Source: Nitrospirota bacterium
GTDB lineage: Bacteria > Nitrospirota > JACRHJ01
Direction of reading: 5' to 3'
NCBI GenBank assembly: GCA_963733375.1
Contig: CAVTDB010000008.1
Coordinates: 50,652 to 114,651, forward strand
DNA: 64,000 nucleotides
Shown here: piece by piece, positions 22,375-34,749 of the stretch
Numbering within the stretch: the stretch's first letter is position 1
Layout: each line of letters starts with the position of its first letter
Program-made: the position numbers and the translations under genes
The notes under the pieces: generated by a model
The model's input: only the letters and a program-made list of their open reading frames with translations
Database searches by the model: none
What the model was told of the DNA's origin: nothing

Positions 22375-23543
22375 ATGGACATGAAGATGAACGTTTCCTT
22401 TATTGGCTGCTGGTATAGAGGCGACATGTACTCGCATCATTTCATGAGCTTGATCCGGGGGATCGACCGGATGACGGACTTAATGTCAAGCTGATTACAT
22501 CTAACTGCAATTGCTTTTCGAGTGCGCAAAGATTCGAAATCGCCCTGATGAGTTGTTAAACGATAAATGTAAGGTTGTTAAATTACCCTACGCGCCGCTT
22601 GAGCCCAACAAAAAATATGGGCTCCTTAAATACAACCTCGTGAAGCATTCAAGGCTGAATTATTTCCTCGATATGACGCGTGGAGTGTTTTTCTTTCACA
22701 GGGCAGGGATCGGATATCATACACTTTGACCAGGTGCTCCGGGCGTTTGGGATATTATCGTTCACCACGCTGTTGGCATGCTCAAAATTGTTCGGCAAGA
22801 AGGTCGTGGTTACCGTGCATGAACTGCCCCTCTCCAGGAGAGATATAAAAGCCTGTCGAAGTTCTATAATCTTGCCGATAAGGTACTTGTCTTCTCTGAA
22901 GGTTTCAGGGATGAACTGAAAGGCCTGGGAGTCAGGGGGGGAAAGATTGAAATAGTGCCCTTTGCCGTATCCCTGGAGCCGATAAAAGATTACAAGAGAG
23001 AGGGCTTTATCTTTTTCGGCGGCCATAAGCTGCTTAAGGGAAAAGGCTTCGATAACCTTCTCTACGCATTGAAGATTGTGAAATCCAAGGGAAGAAAGAC
23101 CCCGTCGTCATCTATACCGGCAAGGGGTGCAGCGGCCTTGAAGATGGAAAACAAAGAGTTGCAGATGAAGGCTTGGAGGAATTCATTTCATGGCGTGATT
23201 TCCTGTGGGGCCCGATGCTCTGCGAAGCTTATCAAGAACGTAGGATGCCTCATCCCGTTTACCGGCGGTTCTGGGAGACATCCGGCGACTTCCGCGATGG
23301 CTAACGCGACACCGGTAATCGCGACGAAAAAGCCGCTCTCCCCGAATATCTCGGCGACCTTGGCATCTTCATTGGCGAGGGGTCGGCGGAGGAGTTGGCG
23401 GATGCGATGATGCATCTCCTCGACCACCCTGAGGCCGCCATGTCATCCGGGACGAAACTCAGGGAGAGGGCGGAAAAGTTTTTCAGCGCGGAGACGATAA
23501 CCCAACGGCTCGTAGCCATCTACCGAAGGGTTAAAATTCGTGA
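22375..23543 (+). CDS. Glycosyltransferase family 4-like (heavily frameshifted)
   Basis: VVVTVHE, KGKGFDNLLYA, AMANATPVIAT and ELADAMMHLL fragments. Confidence 0.6.
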
Positions 23544-23596
23544 CCGACGCGCCGCTCGCCTATGGATGCCTTTGCTTGTGAGGATGACCGATGTTG

Positions 23597-24550
23597 ATGG
23601 AACAGAAGAATCGGCGTTTAGCACTGAACAGCCTGTACTATATATTCAAGCCCTTTTTCCCGCGGCGTCTCCAGCTGTTAATCAGGCGTAAGGTCGTTCA
23701 GTTCCAGTCGAAAAAATACGCCGATATATGGCCGATTGATGAGAATTCCGCCAGAGTTCCCGACGGATGGCGTGGTTGGCCGTCGGGGAAAAAGTTTGCT
23801 TTGGCGTCACGCATGATGTCGAATCCTGGAGAGGACAGGAGAGGTGTCGGAAGTCATGAAGCTGGAAGAAAGTCTTGGCTTCAGGTCGTCATTCAATTTT
23901 GTCCCGCGTCGCTACGCGGTTTCTCCATCGCTTCGCAAATCTCTGGTGGAAAGAGGTTTCGAAGTTGGAGTGCATGGCCTGTACCATGATGGGAAATATT
24001 ATCTGGCAAGAAATACCTTCGCGGAGAGAGCAAAAAAGATAAACCATTATCTCAGGGAATGGAACAGCGTCGGATACCGCGCCCCCGCGATGTTCAATAA
24101 GCTGGAATGGTTCCACGACTTAGATATTGAATACGACTCTTCTACCTTCGATACAGACCCGTTCGAGCCGAATGCAAAAGGAGTCGGGACGGTCTTTCCA
24201 TATTTTTGTAAAATACGAGAATACAAAAAAAGCATTCGTTGAACTACCATATACCCTTGTGCAGGATTTTACTCTGTTCGTCCTCATGCGTAAGGGCGAT
24301 ATAGATATCTGGAAGAGGAAGCTGGACTGGGTGGCAAAGCATGGCGGAGTCGCGTCATAAACACGCATCCCGACTACATGAAGTTGGATCGGGAGACATG
24401 CGGGAATGAACAATATCCGGCTGAGCGCTACTCTGAGTTTCTGGAATATGTAACTGATCGTTACAAGGGCGAATACTGGGATTCCTGCCCAGAAACATCG
24501 CGAGGTTCTGGTCGGAAAAATATGGGGGTAAACAGTATCGATTGAAAGAA
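23597..24550 (+). CDS. Polysaccharide deacetylase-like protein (frameshifted)
   Basis: WPSGKKFA..HDV, FEVGVHGLYHDG, YDSS..DTDPFEP and ELPYTLVQD. Confidence 0.7.
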
Positions 24551-24573
24551 TATATATCCAATCCGGGCGTTTC

Positions 24574-25749
24574 ATGAAAATCTGCATGCTCGCATACACA
24601 TTCTATGAGAGCGACAACCGTGTGCGCAGGTACGCCGAAGCTCTTTCGGGGAGGGGAGACAGCGTAGAGGTCATATCACTGCGTCGCGAGAGGCAGCCCG
24701 CCGAAGGCGTCCTGAACGGTGTCAAAATATTCAGGATTCAGAAGAGAGTGGTAAACGAGCGCGGAAAGCTCCTCCACCTCTTAAGGCACCTGTTATTCTT
24801 CGTTAAGTCATCCATATTCCTTATGAAGAAAAGCATCATGTCCCGTTACGACGTTATTCACGTCCATAATATTCCAGATTTTGAGGTCTTTGCGGCCTGG
24901 CTCCCAAAGTGCCTGGGCGCCAGAATTATCCTTGACCTCCATGAGATGGTCCCTGAATTCTACGCCAACAAGTTCAACGTGGGAGAAGAATCGATTATAT
25001 TCAGAACGCTGAAATTCATAGAAAAGGCCTCCGTGCGTTTTGCCGACCACGTAATCATCGTGAACCATTTATTGGAGAAAAGACTGGTTTCACGCTCAGT
25101 CAAACAGGAAAAATGCAACACGTTCATCAATTACCCTGAAGGCGCACTTTTTAATACTGCGTACGAAAAACCGAAGAGCAGCCGATTCGTCATGATCTAC
25201 CCGGGTTCTCTCAACAGGCATCAGGGACTCGATATCGCCGTGAAAGGCTTTTACCACGTCAAGGACAGGCTTCCGGACGCGGAGTTTCATATCTACGGGG
25301 AGGGCGGCGCGCAGCCTGAATTGCAAACCTTGATTCGGGAGCTCAATCTCGGCTCAAGAGTGTTTCTGCAAGGGGACCCTCCCGTTTAGCGAAATGGTCC
25401 GCGTTATGGCAAGGGCAGACTTTGGTATGTGCCTAAAAGGGCTGATTCCTACGGAAACGAGGCGTTTAGTACGAAGATATTTGAGTTTATGGCCCTTCGC
25501 GTACCTGTACTCGTATCCGATACGCGAATAGACAAGTATTACTTCAGCGATTCAAATATAAGATTTTTCAAATCCGGCGATGAGAAAAACCTGGCGGACG
25601 CAATGTTCCACCTCGCGAAAAATCCGGAGATAAGGAAGCGAATGGCGGAGAACGGATACCGTCATGCGGCTGCAAACAGCTGGGAAGTGAAGAAGCATGA
25701 TTACTTGTCTCTCGTCGACAGGCTGACTGGACAAGGGCAGGTCAGATGA
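24574..25749 (+). CDS. Glycosyltransferase family 4 (frameshift near 25390)
   Basis: DNRVRRYAEAL, IHVHNIPD, YPGSL..HQGLD and STKIFEFMA. Confidence 0.85.
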
Positions 25750-26628
25750 ATATGCCATTTCGCGCCGATCGTTTTCTCACCCTTCAGGTTGCCGCGCCTT
25801 TGATGACGCTGGCCGGGACGCGGGCGTTACGCATACCCATACTCATGTACCATAGCATTTCCAGCGATATCGAGCATGACATGCATCCTTATTGCCGGCT
25901 TGCTACAACTCCGGAGGTTTCACCCGACATATGACTTTTTTGACTAACCAGGGATATCAGTCCTTATCGCTGGATTTCGCGGTTAAGTACTTGCGCATGG
26001 AGCACGGTATTAACGAAAGCTTGCCGGTCAAACCAGTTGTCATCACATTCGACGACGGACTCCGGGATTTCTATATAAATGCGTTTCCCATCCTTAATAA
26101 ATATGGTTTTTCCGCTACCGTTTTTCTTCCGGCCGCAATGATCAAAGACAGGCCCGCAACAATCGAGAGAAAAGAACGCCTGACCTGGCAGGAGGTAAAG
26201 GCGCTTCACAAGGAAGGGATTATTTTCGGATCCCATACCATGACACATGCTCAATTGAGGACGATGTGGAAAAAGGAGATAGAGTTTGAACTGAAGTGTT
26301 CCAAGGATACGATAGAAGATAAATTGGGGACAGCGGTAGAATCTTTCTCTTATCCTTACGCATTTCCCGAAGGCTACTCGTCATTTGTTGGTTATCTTTT
26401 GAAAGCACTGAGGAAATGCGGGTATAAAAACGGCGTCAGCACGAGGATCGGCATAGCGACGCCGGAAAGGGATGACCTTTTTCTCAAGCGCATACCCGTG
26501 AATTCTGCGACGATAATGAATTATTGCATGCAAAGCTGGAGGGCGCATACGACTGGCTGTCCTATATACAGCACGCGACCAAGTCGGTAAGTGCGAAATT
26601 GGGTTGGTGCTTAAACAGGCTCAGCTAA
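25746..26628 (+). CDS. Polysaccharide deacetylase (NodB/CE4; frameshifted)
   Basis: IPILMYHSI, VITFDDG, GSHTMTH and FSYPY. Confidence 0.85.
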
Positions 26629-26630
26629 AT

Positions 26631-26658
26631 GTCTACCTGATATATCAATCAGGTAGAC
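26631..26658. repeat. Intergenic inverted repeat within the polysaccharide operon
   Basis: GTCTACCTGAT-N6-ATCAGGTAGAC, a perfect 11-bp stem with no U-tract. Confidence 0.7.
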
Positions 26659-26678
26659 GTTGATAGAAAGAGAAAACC

Positions 26679-27623
26679 ATGGCATCCATATCTATAATTA
26701 TCGTCAGCTGGAATGCAAAAAAATATCTTGAAGAGTGCCTAAACTCCATTCTTAGTTGTCCGTTGCCTTATGATACGGAGATAATAGTCGTAGATAATGC
26801 TTCGTCTGACGGCTCCCCCGATGCGGTACGAGACGAATTTCCCGGGGTCCGTCTCATACGCAATGATGATAATTATGGATTTGCAAAGGCTAACAATATA
26901 GGGATACGAGCAAGCACGGGCGACTATCTTTTTTTATCAACTCCGATGTCGTAGTAAAAGCAGGATGTTTTGAAAAGATGATCGCGTATATGGAAGGGAT
27001 CCCGATATAGGTGTCCTCGGCCCCAAAATACTTAGTCCGAACGGCGCGGTTCAGCGGTCTGCATGGGGTTCCCGACCTTGTGGAACTCTTTCACCAGAGC
27101 GTTGGCGCTCGATTCGGTTTTCCCGGGAATGAAGTTATTCGGCGGACATCTGATGACTTTCTGGCCGCACGACGATACCCGTTCCGTGGACGTGATAAAT
27201 GGATGCTTTTGGGCGGTCAGGCGAAAAGCCCTGCAGGAGGTATAGCCATTAGATGAAAGATTTTTTATCTACGGAGAGGACATGGACTGGTGCAAGAGGT
27301 TCCACGAGAAGGGGTGGAAAGTGGTCTTCTATGCTGAAGCGGAGGCCGTGCATCACGGGGGCGCGAGTTCCGCTAACGCACCCTTGAAATTCTTTATCGA
27401 AATGCAGCGGGCGGATTACATGTATTGGGAAAAGCATCATACTCGCCGGGTTGCGACCGCCTTCCTGCTTATCTGTCTTCTCCATCATATGGTCAGGTTC
27501 CTGGGCGAGGCTGCGTCATACTCATTCAGACGGCAAAGGAGGCCTGATGGAAGTTATAAAATCAGGCGCTCCCTGGCGTCAATAAAGTGGTCTTTCAATT
27601 CTTTGATTATCACGCGGCGATGA
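26679..27623 (+). CDS. Glycosyltransferase family 2 (frameshifted)
   Basis: SIIIVSWN, VVDNASSDGS, YGFAKANN and YGEDMDWC. Confidence 0.85.
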
Positions 27624-27669
27624 ACCGGCAGCGATTCTCCGACCGCCAACCTGTCAAGAGGCATCGAAC

Positions 27670-28518
27670 ATGATTGATTACAGATATGTGTTAATAACAC
27701 CCGCAAGGAACGAGGAAACATATATTGAAAAAACGATACAGGCAGTCATATCGCAAACGGCCCTGCCTGAGAAATGGGTGATTGTCAGCGATGGGTCAAC
27801 CGACCAGACTGAGAATGTAGTCGCGAAATATTTAAGCCGATACGGTTTTATAGAATTGCTTAGAGTCCAGGGGGACAATGAGCGCAATTTCGGATCGAAG
27901 GTGCGGGCAATACATAAAGCCCAAGGGCTATTGACAGGCACGGAATACGAGTTCATCGGCAACCTTGATGCCGATATAACTTTTGGGGCTGATTATTATG
28001 AGTTAATACTTAATAAATTCATGGTCAATAGTCGCCTGGGTATTGCCGGCGGTTTCATACATGAAAAGGAAAAAGGAGAGTTTATCCGCCGTCCATTTAA
28101 CGATACTGGCGCGGTCCCCAATGCCATCCAGCTTTTCAGGCGGGAGTGTTATGAGGAAACCGGCGGTTTTATCGCATTAAGATACGGCGGTGAAGATTCA
28201 TATTCAGAAGTCATGGCGAGGGGCGCCGGCTGGGAAGTTGAGTCCTTTCCCGACATTAAAGTATTGCACCACAGACGCACGCTGACCGCGGAGGGCATCT
28301 TGAGGGAGCTTTCAGACAGGGGAAAATGGATTACGACCTTGGCAGCAGCATTATTTTTGAGCTTCTGAAATGCATTGCCAGGACGAAGATAAAACCGTAC
28401 GGAAAATATGCGGGGTACAGGTTTGCGGGTTTTATCTTCCAGATATCTCGCCAAAGGAAAAAGAGGGGTCTCCAAGGAATTTATCAAAAAACTGAGGCGC
28501 GAACAGTACAGCAAAATT
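27670..28518 (+). CDS. Glycosyltransferase family 2
   Basis: ITPARNEE, VSDGSTD and NLDADI; 3' end frameshifted. Confidence 0.85.
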
Positions 28519-28588
28519 ATAAACATATTAAACCATAAATCAAGACTTTAGTCCCATATCAGCAGCTGGTTATTTATTTATATTATGC

Positions 28589-29893
28589 ATGGGTCTTCTC
28601 CTGCTGATATTGCCGCGCAGGTATGCGCTCATGCCGTTATTATTGAGCGGCTGCTATATGACCCTGGGACAGGCCTTTCTCATAGGGCCGTTGCATTTTT
28701 CAATATTTAGAATCATGCTACTTTTCGGTTGGATCAGGATCTTCAGGAAGAACGAACTGGCCCATATCAGACGCAACTATATTGACAAGGTCTTGATAGC
28801 GTCAACCATAGTCAGCTCGCTGATATATGTTCTCGATAGAGGGATGTCCACTGCGTCGATAATAGATCAGCTTGGAGTAATTTATGACACGATCGGAATC
28901 TATTTTTTGCTTCGCGCACTCATATTCGGGATGGATGACATAGTCCGGGCGGTTAGGCTGTTGGAAGTCGTCATCGCCCCGCTGGCGGTGTTGTTTGCAC
29001 TGGAGTACATTACCGGTAAAAATATTTTTTCGGTTTTCGGCGGCGTGCCGCAGTTTACGGAAATGCGGGATGGCGCTCTCCGCTGCCAGGGGCCGTTCAG
29101 GCATCCGATTCTTGCGGGAACTTTTGCGGCAACAGCCATGCCGCTCTTTGTCGGACTATGGGGCTACAGCCACAAAAGGCGACTGCTGGCCGTGAGCGCT
29201 ATCATGGCCACCGCGGTAATAGTCTTCTGTTCGTCTTCGAGCGGGCCGATTATCGCATACCTGACTGGCATGTTCGGTCTGTTGTTCTGGGTTTTCAGGT
29301 CTAAAATAAAGATTATCTTATGGGGCTTGTTGTTAATGATAATAGGCCTGCAGATGACCATGAATGCGCCAGTATGGCACGTGATAGGCAGTATGAGCGA
29401 TTTGATTGGAATGGGCACGGGATGGTACCGTTCAAGGCTTATAGATGCCGCCGTCGAGCATTTTAATGAATGGTGGCTGATGGGCACTACTTATACAGCA
29501 AACTGGATGCCGGCTGCGGGACTCGGTTTTAATCCGAATAATATTGATGCCAATAGCGCGGATATAACGAACCAGTTTATAGCCGAAGGGATCAGGGGAG
29601 GGCTTACGTCTCTGCTTCTGTTCATCTGGCTTATAATCAAATGTTTTAAAACCGCCGGAAAAGGAGTCAATGGTAAAACCAATTTTTTAATCAACGAGCG
29701 GTTTATAATATGGACAATCGGCTGCGCACTGCTCACCCATATCGCATCCTTTATCTCGGTAACTTACTTCGATCAGATCATTATCTTCTGGTACATGCTT
29801 ATAGCCATGATTGCCGCGTTGGCTAACTCCGTGGCTCCTGTCAAAAAGCGCTGGGCTTATTGTCTGTATTATGCCCAGCAATCCAGTCCGTAA
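28589..29893 (+). CDS. O-antigen ligase/polymerase (Wzy-like) membrane protein
   Basis: About 10-12 hydrophobic segments; RCQGPFRHPILAG and DITNQFI. Confidence 0.75.
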   Translation: MGLLLLILPRRYALMPLLLSGCYMTLGQAFLIGPLHFSIFRIMLLFGWIRIFRKNELAHIRRNYIDKVLIASTIVSSLIYVLDRGMSTASIIDQLGVIYDTIGIYFLLRALIFGMDDIVRAVRLLEVVIAPLAVLFALEYITGKNIFSVFGGVPQFTEMRDGALRCQGPFRHPILAGTFAATAMPLFVGLWGYSHKRRLLAVSAIMATAVIVFCSSSSGPIIAYLTGMFGLLFWVFRSKIKIILWGLLLMIIGLQMTMNAPVWHVIGSMSDLIGMGTGWYRSRLIDAAVEHFNEWWLMGTTYTANWMPAAGLGFNPNNIDANSADITNQFIAEGIRGGLTSLLLFIWLIIKCFKTAGKGVNGKTNFLINERFIIWTIGCALLTHIASFISVTYFDQIIIFWYMLIAMIAALANSVAPVKKRWAYCLYYAQQSSP

Positions 29894-29923
29894 ACGTGAA
29901 ATGCAGGGAATATCCAAATAATT

Positions 29924-31365
29924 ATGGGGAAAACCGTCAATTTAATCCTGAAAAATTCAACCGCGCTTGTCGTCGGCAGGTTGATTGCGAAAGCCATAAC
30001 ATTTTGCTTCGTGTTTATAACTGCGCGGTATTTGGGAGTCGGAGGGTATGGACAGCTGTCGTTCGCCCTTTCCCTGACGGGTCTTATCGCGGTTTTTCTG
30101 GATATGGGCACGTCACAGCATGGTATCCGTGAGCTTGCAAGGACACCGTCAAAAGCATCCCAATATCTAAGCAATGTGCTGTTCCTAAGGTTTTGCCTAG
30201 TATTTCTCGCGCTGAGTGTAATGGCCGCTTTCTTTTTGTTTACCAATCGCCTTACCAACCAGTCGCTGATCCTCATCCTGTCGATTTCAATAGCGTTAGG
30301 AGCCTTTTCCGGGGTGCCGAGTATTATTTTTCAAGCGACCCAGCGGATGGAGTTCGACGCATTCCGCGAAATACTTAAAGCGGTCTTGCTGCTTTCAACC
30401 GGGTTTATCGCTATTAAGCTCGGCAAGGGCGTATTGGGGATTGCCGTTGCGTACGTTGCGGTTGCTATTTTCGACCTGATATTTTCCTACTTGATTTTGA
30501 AAAAATATTTCCCTGGCTTGTCGATCAAAATAAGCTCGCAATCTGCAAAGACGATTCTAAAAGGGAGTATACCGTTAGCGCTATTGGTCATGAACACGCA
30601 GGTTTATTCAAGGGTTGATATATTCATGCTTCAAGCATTGGATACAACTAAAGCTGTAGGCTTTTACAATGCGGCATATCGGTTTGTCGATACTTCGCTG
30701 ATGTTTTCCGGGGCCTTCTGCATGGCGTTATATCCGGTGCTTACAAAACTGGCCCATGAAACGGGAGACGCATTCGACCGTTACATGAACAGCTCTTTAA
30801 AACTGCTAAGCTACAGCGGCCTGTTCCTTGGGTTAGGCGTTTTTTTTGCCTCGGATACAATAATCCATATAGTGTTCGGCAGCGCCTTTGCTGAATCCTC
30901 AAGGGCCCTGAGAGTGCTTGTATGGGCGAACGCGGTCATGTTCATTGGAGGGTTTCTTGCTACCAGCATGATAGCGATAAATAAACAATGGCTTAATTTT
31001 GGTTACGGTTTGGGTCAGATACTTGTAAACGTAATTCTGGATTGGATTTTTATTTCACGGTACGGTTTTGTCGGCGCGGCGGTGGGGACGTTGCTGGCGG
31101 AGCTGTTTTACGTAGTGCTGGTATTGTCTTATCTTAGGTTCGGAAGAAAGACCAGGGTGGATTTGACCAGGGTCTTTCTTGTACCGTTAGGCGCCGCGAG
31201 CGCGGTCATGTTGATTGATGGTTATTGCCTGTTGCAATCAAGACGTCCTACCTGGGCTTAATGATGACGCTGCCTTTGTACAGCCTCGCCGTATATGTTC
31301 TTGGCATTAAAAAAGAAGAAAAACAAATGCTTTTTGGGCTGCTCGCGCCGCGTCGGGCAGACTGA
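29924..31365 (+). CDS. wzx: Polysaccharide flippase (Wzx)
   Basis: ARYLGVGGYG, DMG..GIRELAR, RVDIFML..VGFYNAAYR and YGFVGAA. Confidence 0.85.
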
Positions 31366-31382
31366 TAAAAGGAGAAGGTAAA

Positions 31383-32315
31383 ATGACCGACATTAATCAA
31401 TCGGAGAAACCTCTCGTAAGCGTCATTATGCCGAACTACAACAAAGAGGGATTTATTGCCGAGGCAATCAGGGGCATTCAAAACCAGTCCTATGAAAATT
31501 TAGAGTTAATAATCGTCGATGACGTTTCAACGGACGGGTCATTAAAAGCTATGAAAAGAGCGGCCGCGGGAGACAGCAGAATAAAAATATTCTCGCAAGC
31601 GAGGAATATGGGAGCGGCCGCCGCGCGCAATACGGGCCTTAAGAACTCCAGGGGGGATTGCATAGGGTTTTGTGATTCTGACGATATCTGGCTTCCGGAG
31701 AAACTGGATATTCAGATGGGAGCTCTCAAACGAAACCCTGGAATTGATGTCGTACATGGTGATTCATTAATAATAGATGCCGCAGGTAACCTGACCGGGG
31801 AAAAGTTCAGCTCCATATACGCCACCGAAAAGAGAAACAAGAACGGTTTCATATTCAATGACCTGATACGTACGAATTATATCTCGACATCGACAGTATT
31901 ATTCAGAAGGGCCTGTGTTGAAAACCTCGTACTTTTTCCGGAGAATATGAAATGGCTGGAAGACTGGATATATATGTTAAGACTCGCGTACAAATGCAAG
32001 TTCCTCTATTTCAAGAAGCCGGTGGTCAAATATCGTGTTTACGAGGGGAACAGTATGCATGACGTTGAAAATTACGATAAATCGAGGTTATCCGCATATC
32101 CGATGCTCCTGTCCGAATTTCCGTCATTGGATGAAAATATTAAGGCATTCCTGCATCAAAGGATGGGGCGTGTTTTGCTTGGGCTCAGTCGCCCTGTTGA
32201 AAGCAGGCGGTATTTGCTGAAGTCTTTGGTTAAGCGTCCCTTCAGCCCGAAGACTCTTGGCTACTACTTCTTAAGCTTTCTCCTTCGCTCAAAACAGCAG
32301 ATTGCCGCAGGCTGA
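31383..32315 (+). CDS. Glycosyltransferase family 2
   Basis: VSVIMPNYN, VDDVSTD and FCDSDDIWLPEKL. Confidence 0.92.
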   Translation: MTDINQSEKPLVSVIMPNYNKEGFIAEAIRGIQNQSYENLELIIVDDVSTDGSLKAMKRAAAGDSRIKIFSQARNMGAAAARNTGLKNSRGDCIGFCDSDDIWLPEKLDIQMGALKRNPGIDVVHGDSLIIDAAGNLTGEKFSSIYATEKRNKNGFIFNDLIRTNYISTSTVLFRRACVENLVLFPENMKWLEDWIYMLRLAYKCKFLYFKKPVVKYRVYEGNSMHDVENYDKSRLSAYPMLLSEFPSLDENIKAFLHQRMGRVLLGLSRPVESRRYLLKSLVKRPFSPKTLGYYFLSFLLRSKQQIAAG

Positions 32316-32343
32316 AATTTGCGGACAAAGAAGGAGACCCATA

Positions 32344-33847
32344 ATGGCAAAGCATAAAAGTTATTTAACGTTGCTAGCGGCGATATTTGTTTTTTTTGCT
32401 ATGGGCGTCTCTAATGCGTTCTCGTCAGCCTATTATGTCGATTTTGCAAACGGCAACGATTCAAATGCGGGAACATCCACGGCAGCGCCGTGGGTGCATT
32501 GCCCTGGGGACCCGAAAGCCGCCGGCAACCCCGCCGGCGTTACGTTGTCGCCCGGTGATAAAATTTTCTTTAAAGGCGGCGTCCAGTATAACGGACAGGT
32601 GAACGTAAAGTGGTCCGGCTCCAGCGGGAATACGATAACTTACGACGGCAACTCGGCAGGTAACTGGGGGGCCGGCCATGCGATAATCGATGCGCAAGCA
32701 AAGAGAAGTTATTGTTTTGATTTTCCTTCCGCCAGAAATTATATCACTATAAACAATTTTGAACTAAGGAACGGTCCAACTATCCGGCGCTCCCAGAATG
32801 ATATACGCGCACAACGCGTCTTCCTATGTTGAAGTTGCCAACTGCGTCATACATAATACCGGCAATCCAGCCCCTTCGGTTACAAGCGGCATGGGGATCT
32901 GGGCCAATGGCTCATATTGGCGAATCCATAATAATCTGATGTACGATTGCTATGACACTGCAATTTATTTAATAAACGGCGCGTCTTATAACCAGGTATA
33001 TAACAACGAATTCCATGACAAGATAAGATGGGGGGTCGTCGTTAAATCAGATTCGGGCGCGACCATTCAAACAGACAATTCAATACACGACAATTACTTC
33101 CATGACATTTATTATTATGACGGCCGGGGCCCGCATACCGATTGGATATTTCTTAGCCTGACAACGAACGGCCAGATAAATAACACTAAAATTTATAATA
33201 ATTCATGCACAAATTCGAAGACTTTTGCCGACTACGGAGGCACTGCGATTGTGTACATAGAAAACTCGGGAGACAATAGCTCCGGCGGCACCATAAACAA
33301 TACTCTGGTTTACAATAATGCAATCCGAAACCCGCATGAGTATTATGCGGCCGATGTCCATGCCACGGGAGGCAATATCCTAAATACGTACTTCTATAAC
33401 AACTCTTTTTATAGTTCAAGAGGATGCGCCATGCTTTATGCCGATACTTTCGGTACTCCTTGCACGATTAACGGGTTAACTTTAATGAATAACGTGTGGG
33501 CTGAATCGAACCATATCATAATGTGGCTGAATGGAAATGTAAGAAATATCGCCATCAACTATAACAGCTATTACTCAAGCTTTCCTTCGCCGTTTAAGAT
33601 CCAAAGCACGCATTATTCCTGGAGGAACTGGAGAGATTTGGGATATGACGCGAACAGTTCGGGACCTCAATCGGTCCCTATGTATGTTAATGCGGCAGAT
33701 ATGACAGGCAACCTGTCGCTGCGCGCCGGCTCGCCCGCGATCGGCGCGGGGACCAATCTGTCTTCGGTATTTAAAACGGATAAGGACAACTCCCCGCGCC
33801 CGCAAAGCGGCATGTGGTGCATGGGGGCGTATGAGTTCAATCCATAA
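32344..33847 (+). CDS. Secreted right-handed beta-helix (pectin lyase-like) protein with choice-of-anchor-Q-like C-terminus (frameshift near 32790)
   Basis: Signal peptide, YYVD...GNDSNAGTS..PW, Asn-rich parallel beta-helix repeats, and LRAGSPAIGAG...D...RP....MGAYEF. Confidence 0.8.
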
Positions 33848-33904
33848 TGGCGGGAGTTCCCGCGATGATTTTTCGTTGATTTATAAAAGCATTCTTGTAT
33901 AATA

Positions 33905-34024
33905 TCCCAAGCAAGAGCTAAGGCAATCCCTTCTTAGAAGCACGCACTACCCTTTAGTATATCGGGTTTGTAAGCAGCTTGGAATTATAAAGCCTGTCTC
34001 TGGCAACGGGGATGGGCTTTTTTT
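33905..34024 (+). ncRNA. Candidate sRNA or leader with its own promoter and terminator
   Basis: TTGATT-N16-TATAAT (33876-33903), CCAAGC/GCTTGG enclosing stem, then a GC hairpin plus T7; no ORF. Confidence 0.4.
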
Positions 34025-34060
34025 ATACTCGCGCTTCTGGCGCTCCGGCAGGATTAGAAC

Positions 34061-34732
34061 ATGATTAAAAAGAACATGGTAACCATGGAAAAACGGGAAT
34101 TAAAAAGCGAGTTTCTGGATAAATTCCCGGATTTTAGCAAAATGCCCGATGCGCTGGTGGATAAGATACTCCAAAGCGCATGCCGCCGGGTTATACCAAA
34201 AGGCCGGTATGTATGCAGGGAAGGCGAATTCAGTCAATCGTTCGCATTCTTCATGTCGGGCGAAGTCAGGGTTTTCAAGGATGGGATAGACGGCCGGGAG
34301 ATAACTCTTTACGAGGTAGGACCGGGCGAAACCTGTATTATAAATGCGCTATGCATACTCTCCAAAATGTGCGCCCCCGCCAATGGGATAACGCAGACGG
34401 CGTGTGACGCGATACTCTTGCCGGCCCCGTTGTTTCGCAACCTTGCCGAGAAACACGGCGTGCTGAGGGAATATGTCTTCGGCGTCCTGGCCAACAAATT
34501 CGTGAACATAATAGCCCTGGTCGAAGAAGTCGCATTCGAACATATAGACGAAAGGCTTATGGAATACCTGGTGGAAAAATCCGAGGACGGCGTTTTGCAC
34601 GTCACCCATCGAAAAATAGCGAGCGACCTCGGCACTTCAAGAGAGGTCGTAAGCCGCCTGCTGAAAGACTTCGAAAGAAAGGGCCGGCTTGGCCTGTCAA
34701 GAACCTTTATACGCCTGACTGACACCCAGTAA
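34061..34732 (+). CDS. Crp/Fnr family transcriptional regulator
   Basis: cNMP-binding domain (GREITLYEVGPGETC) and HTH THRKIASDLGTSREVVSRLLK. Confidence 0.92.
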   Translation: MIKKNMVTMEKRELKSEFLDKFPDFSKMPDALVDKILQSACRRVIPKGRYVCREGEFSQSFAFFMSGEVRVFKDGIDGREITLYEVGPGETCIINALCILSKMCAPANGITQTACDAILLPAPLFRNLAEKHGVLREYVFGVLANKFVNIIALVEEVAFEHIDERLMEYLVEKSEDGVLHVTHRKIASDLGTSREVVSRLLKDFERKGRLGLSRTFIRLTDTQ

Positions 34733-34749
34733 TCTCCCATCCTCCGGTT

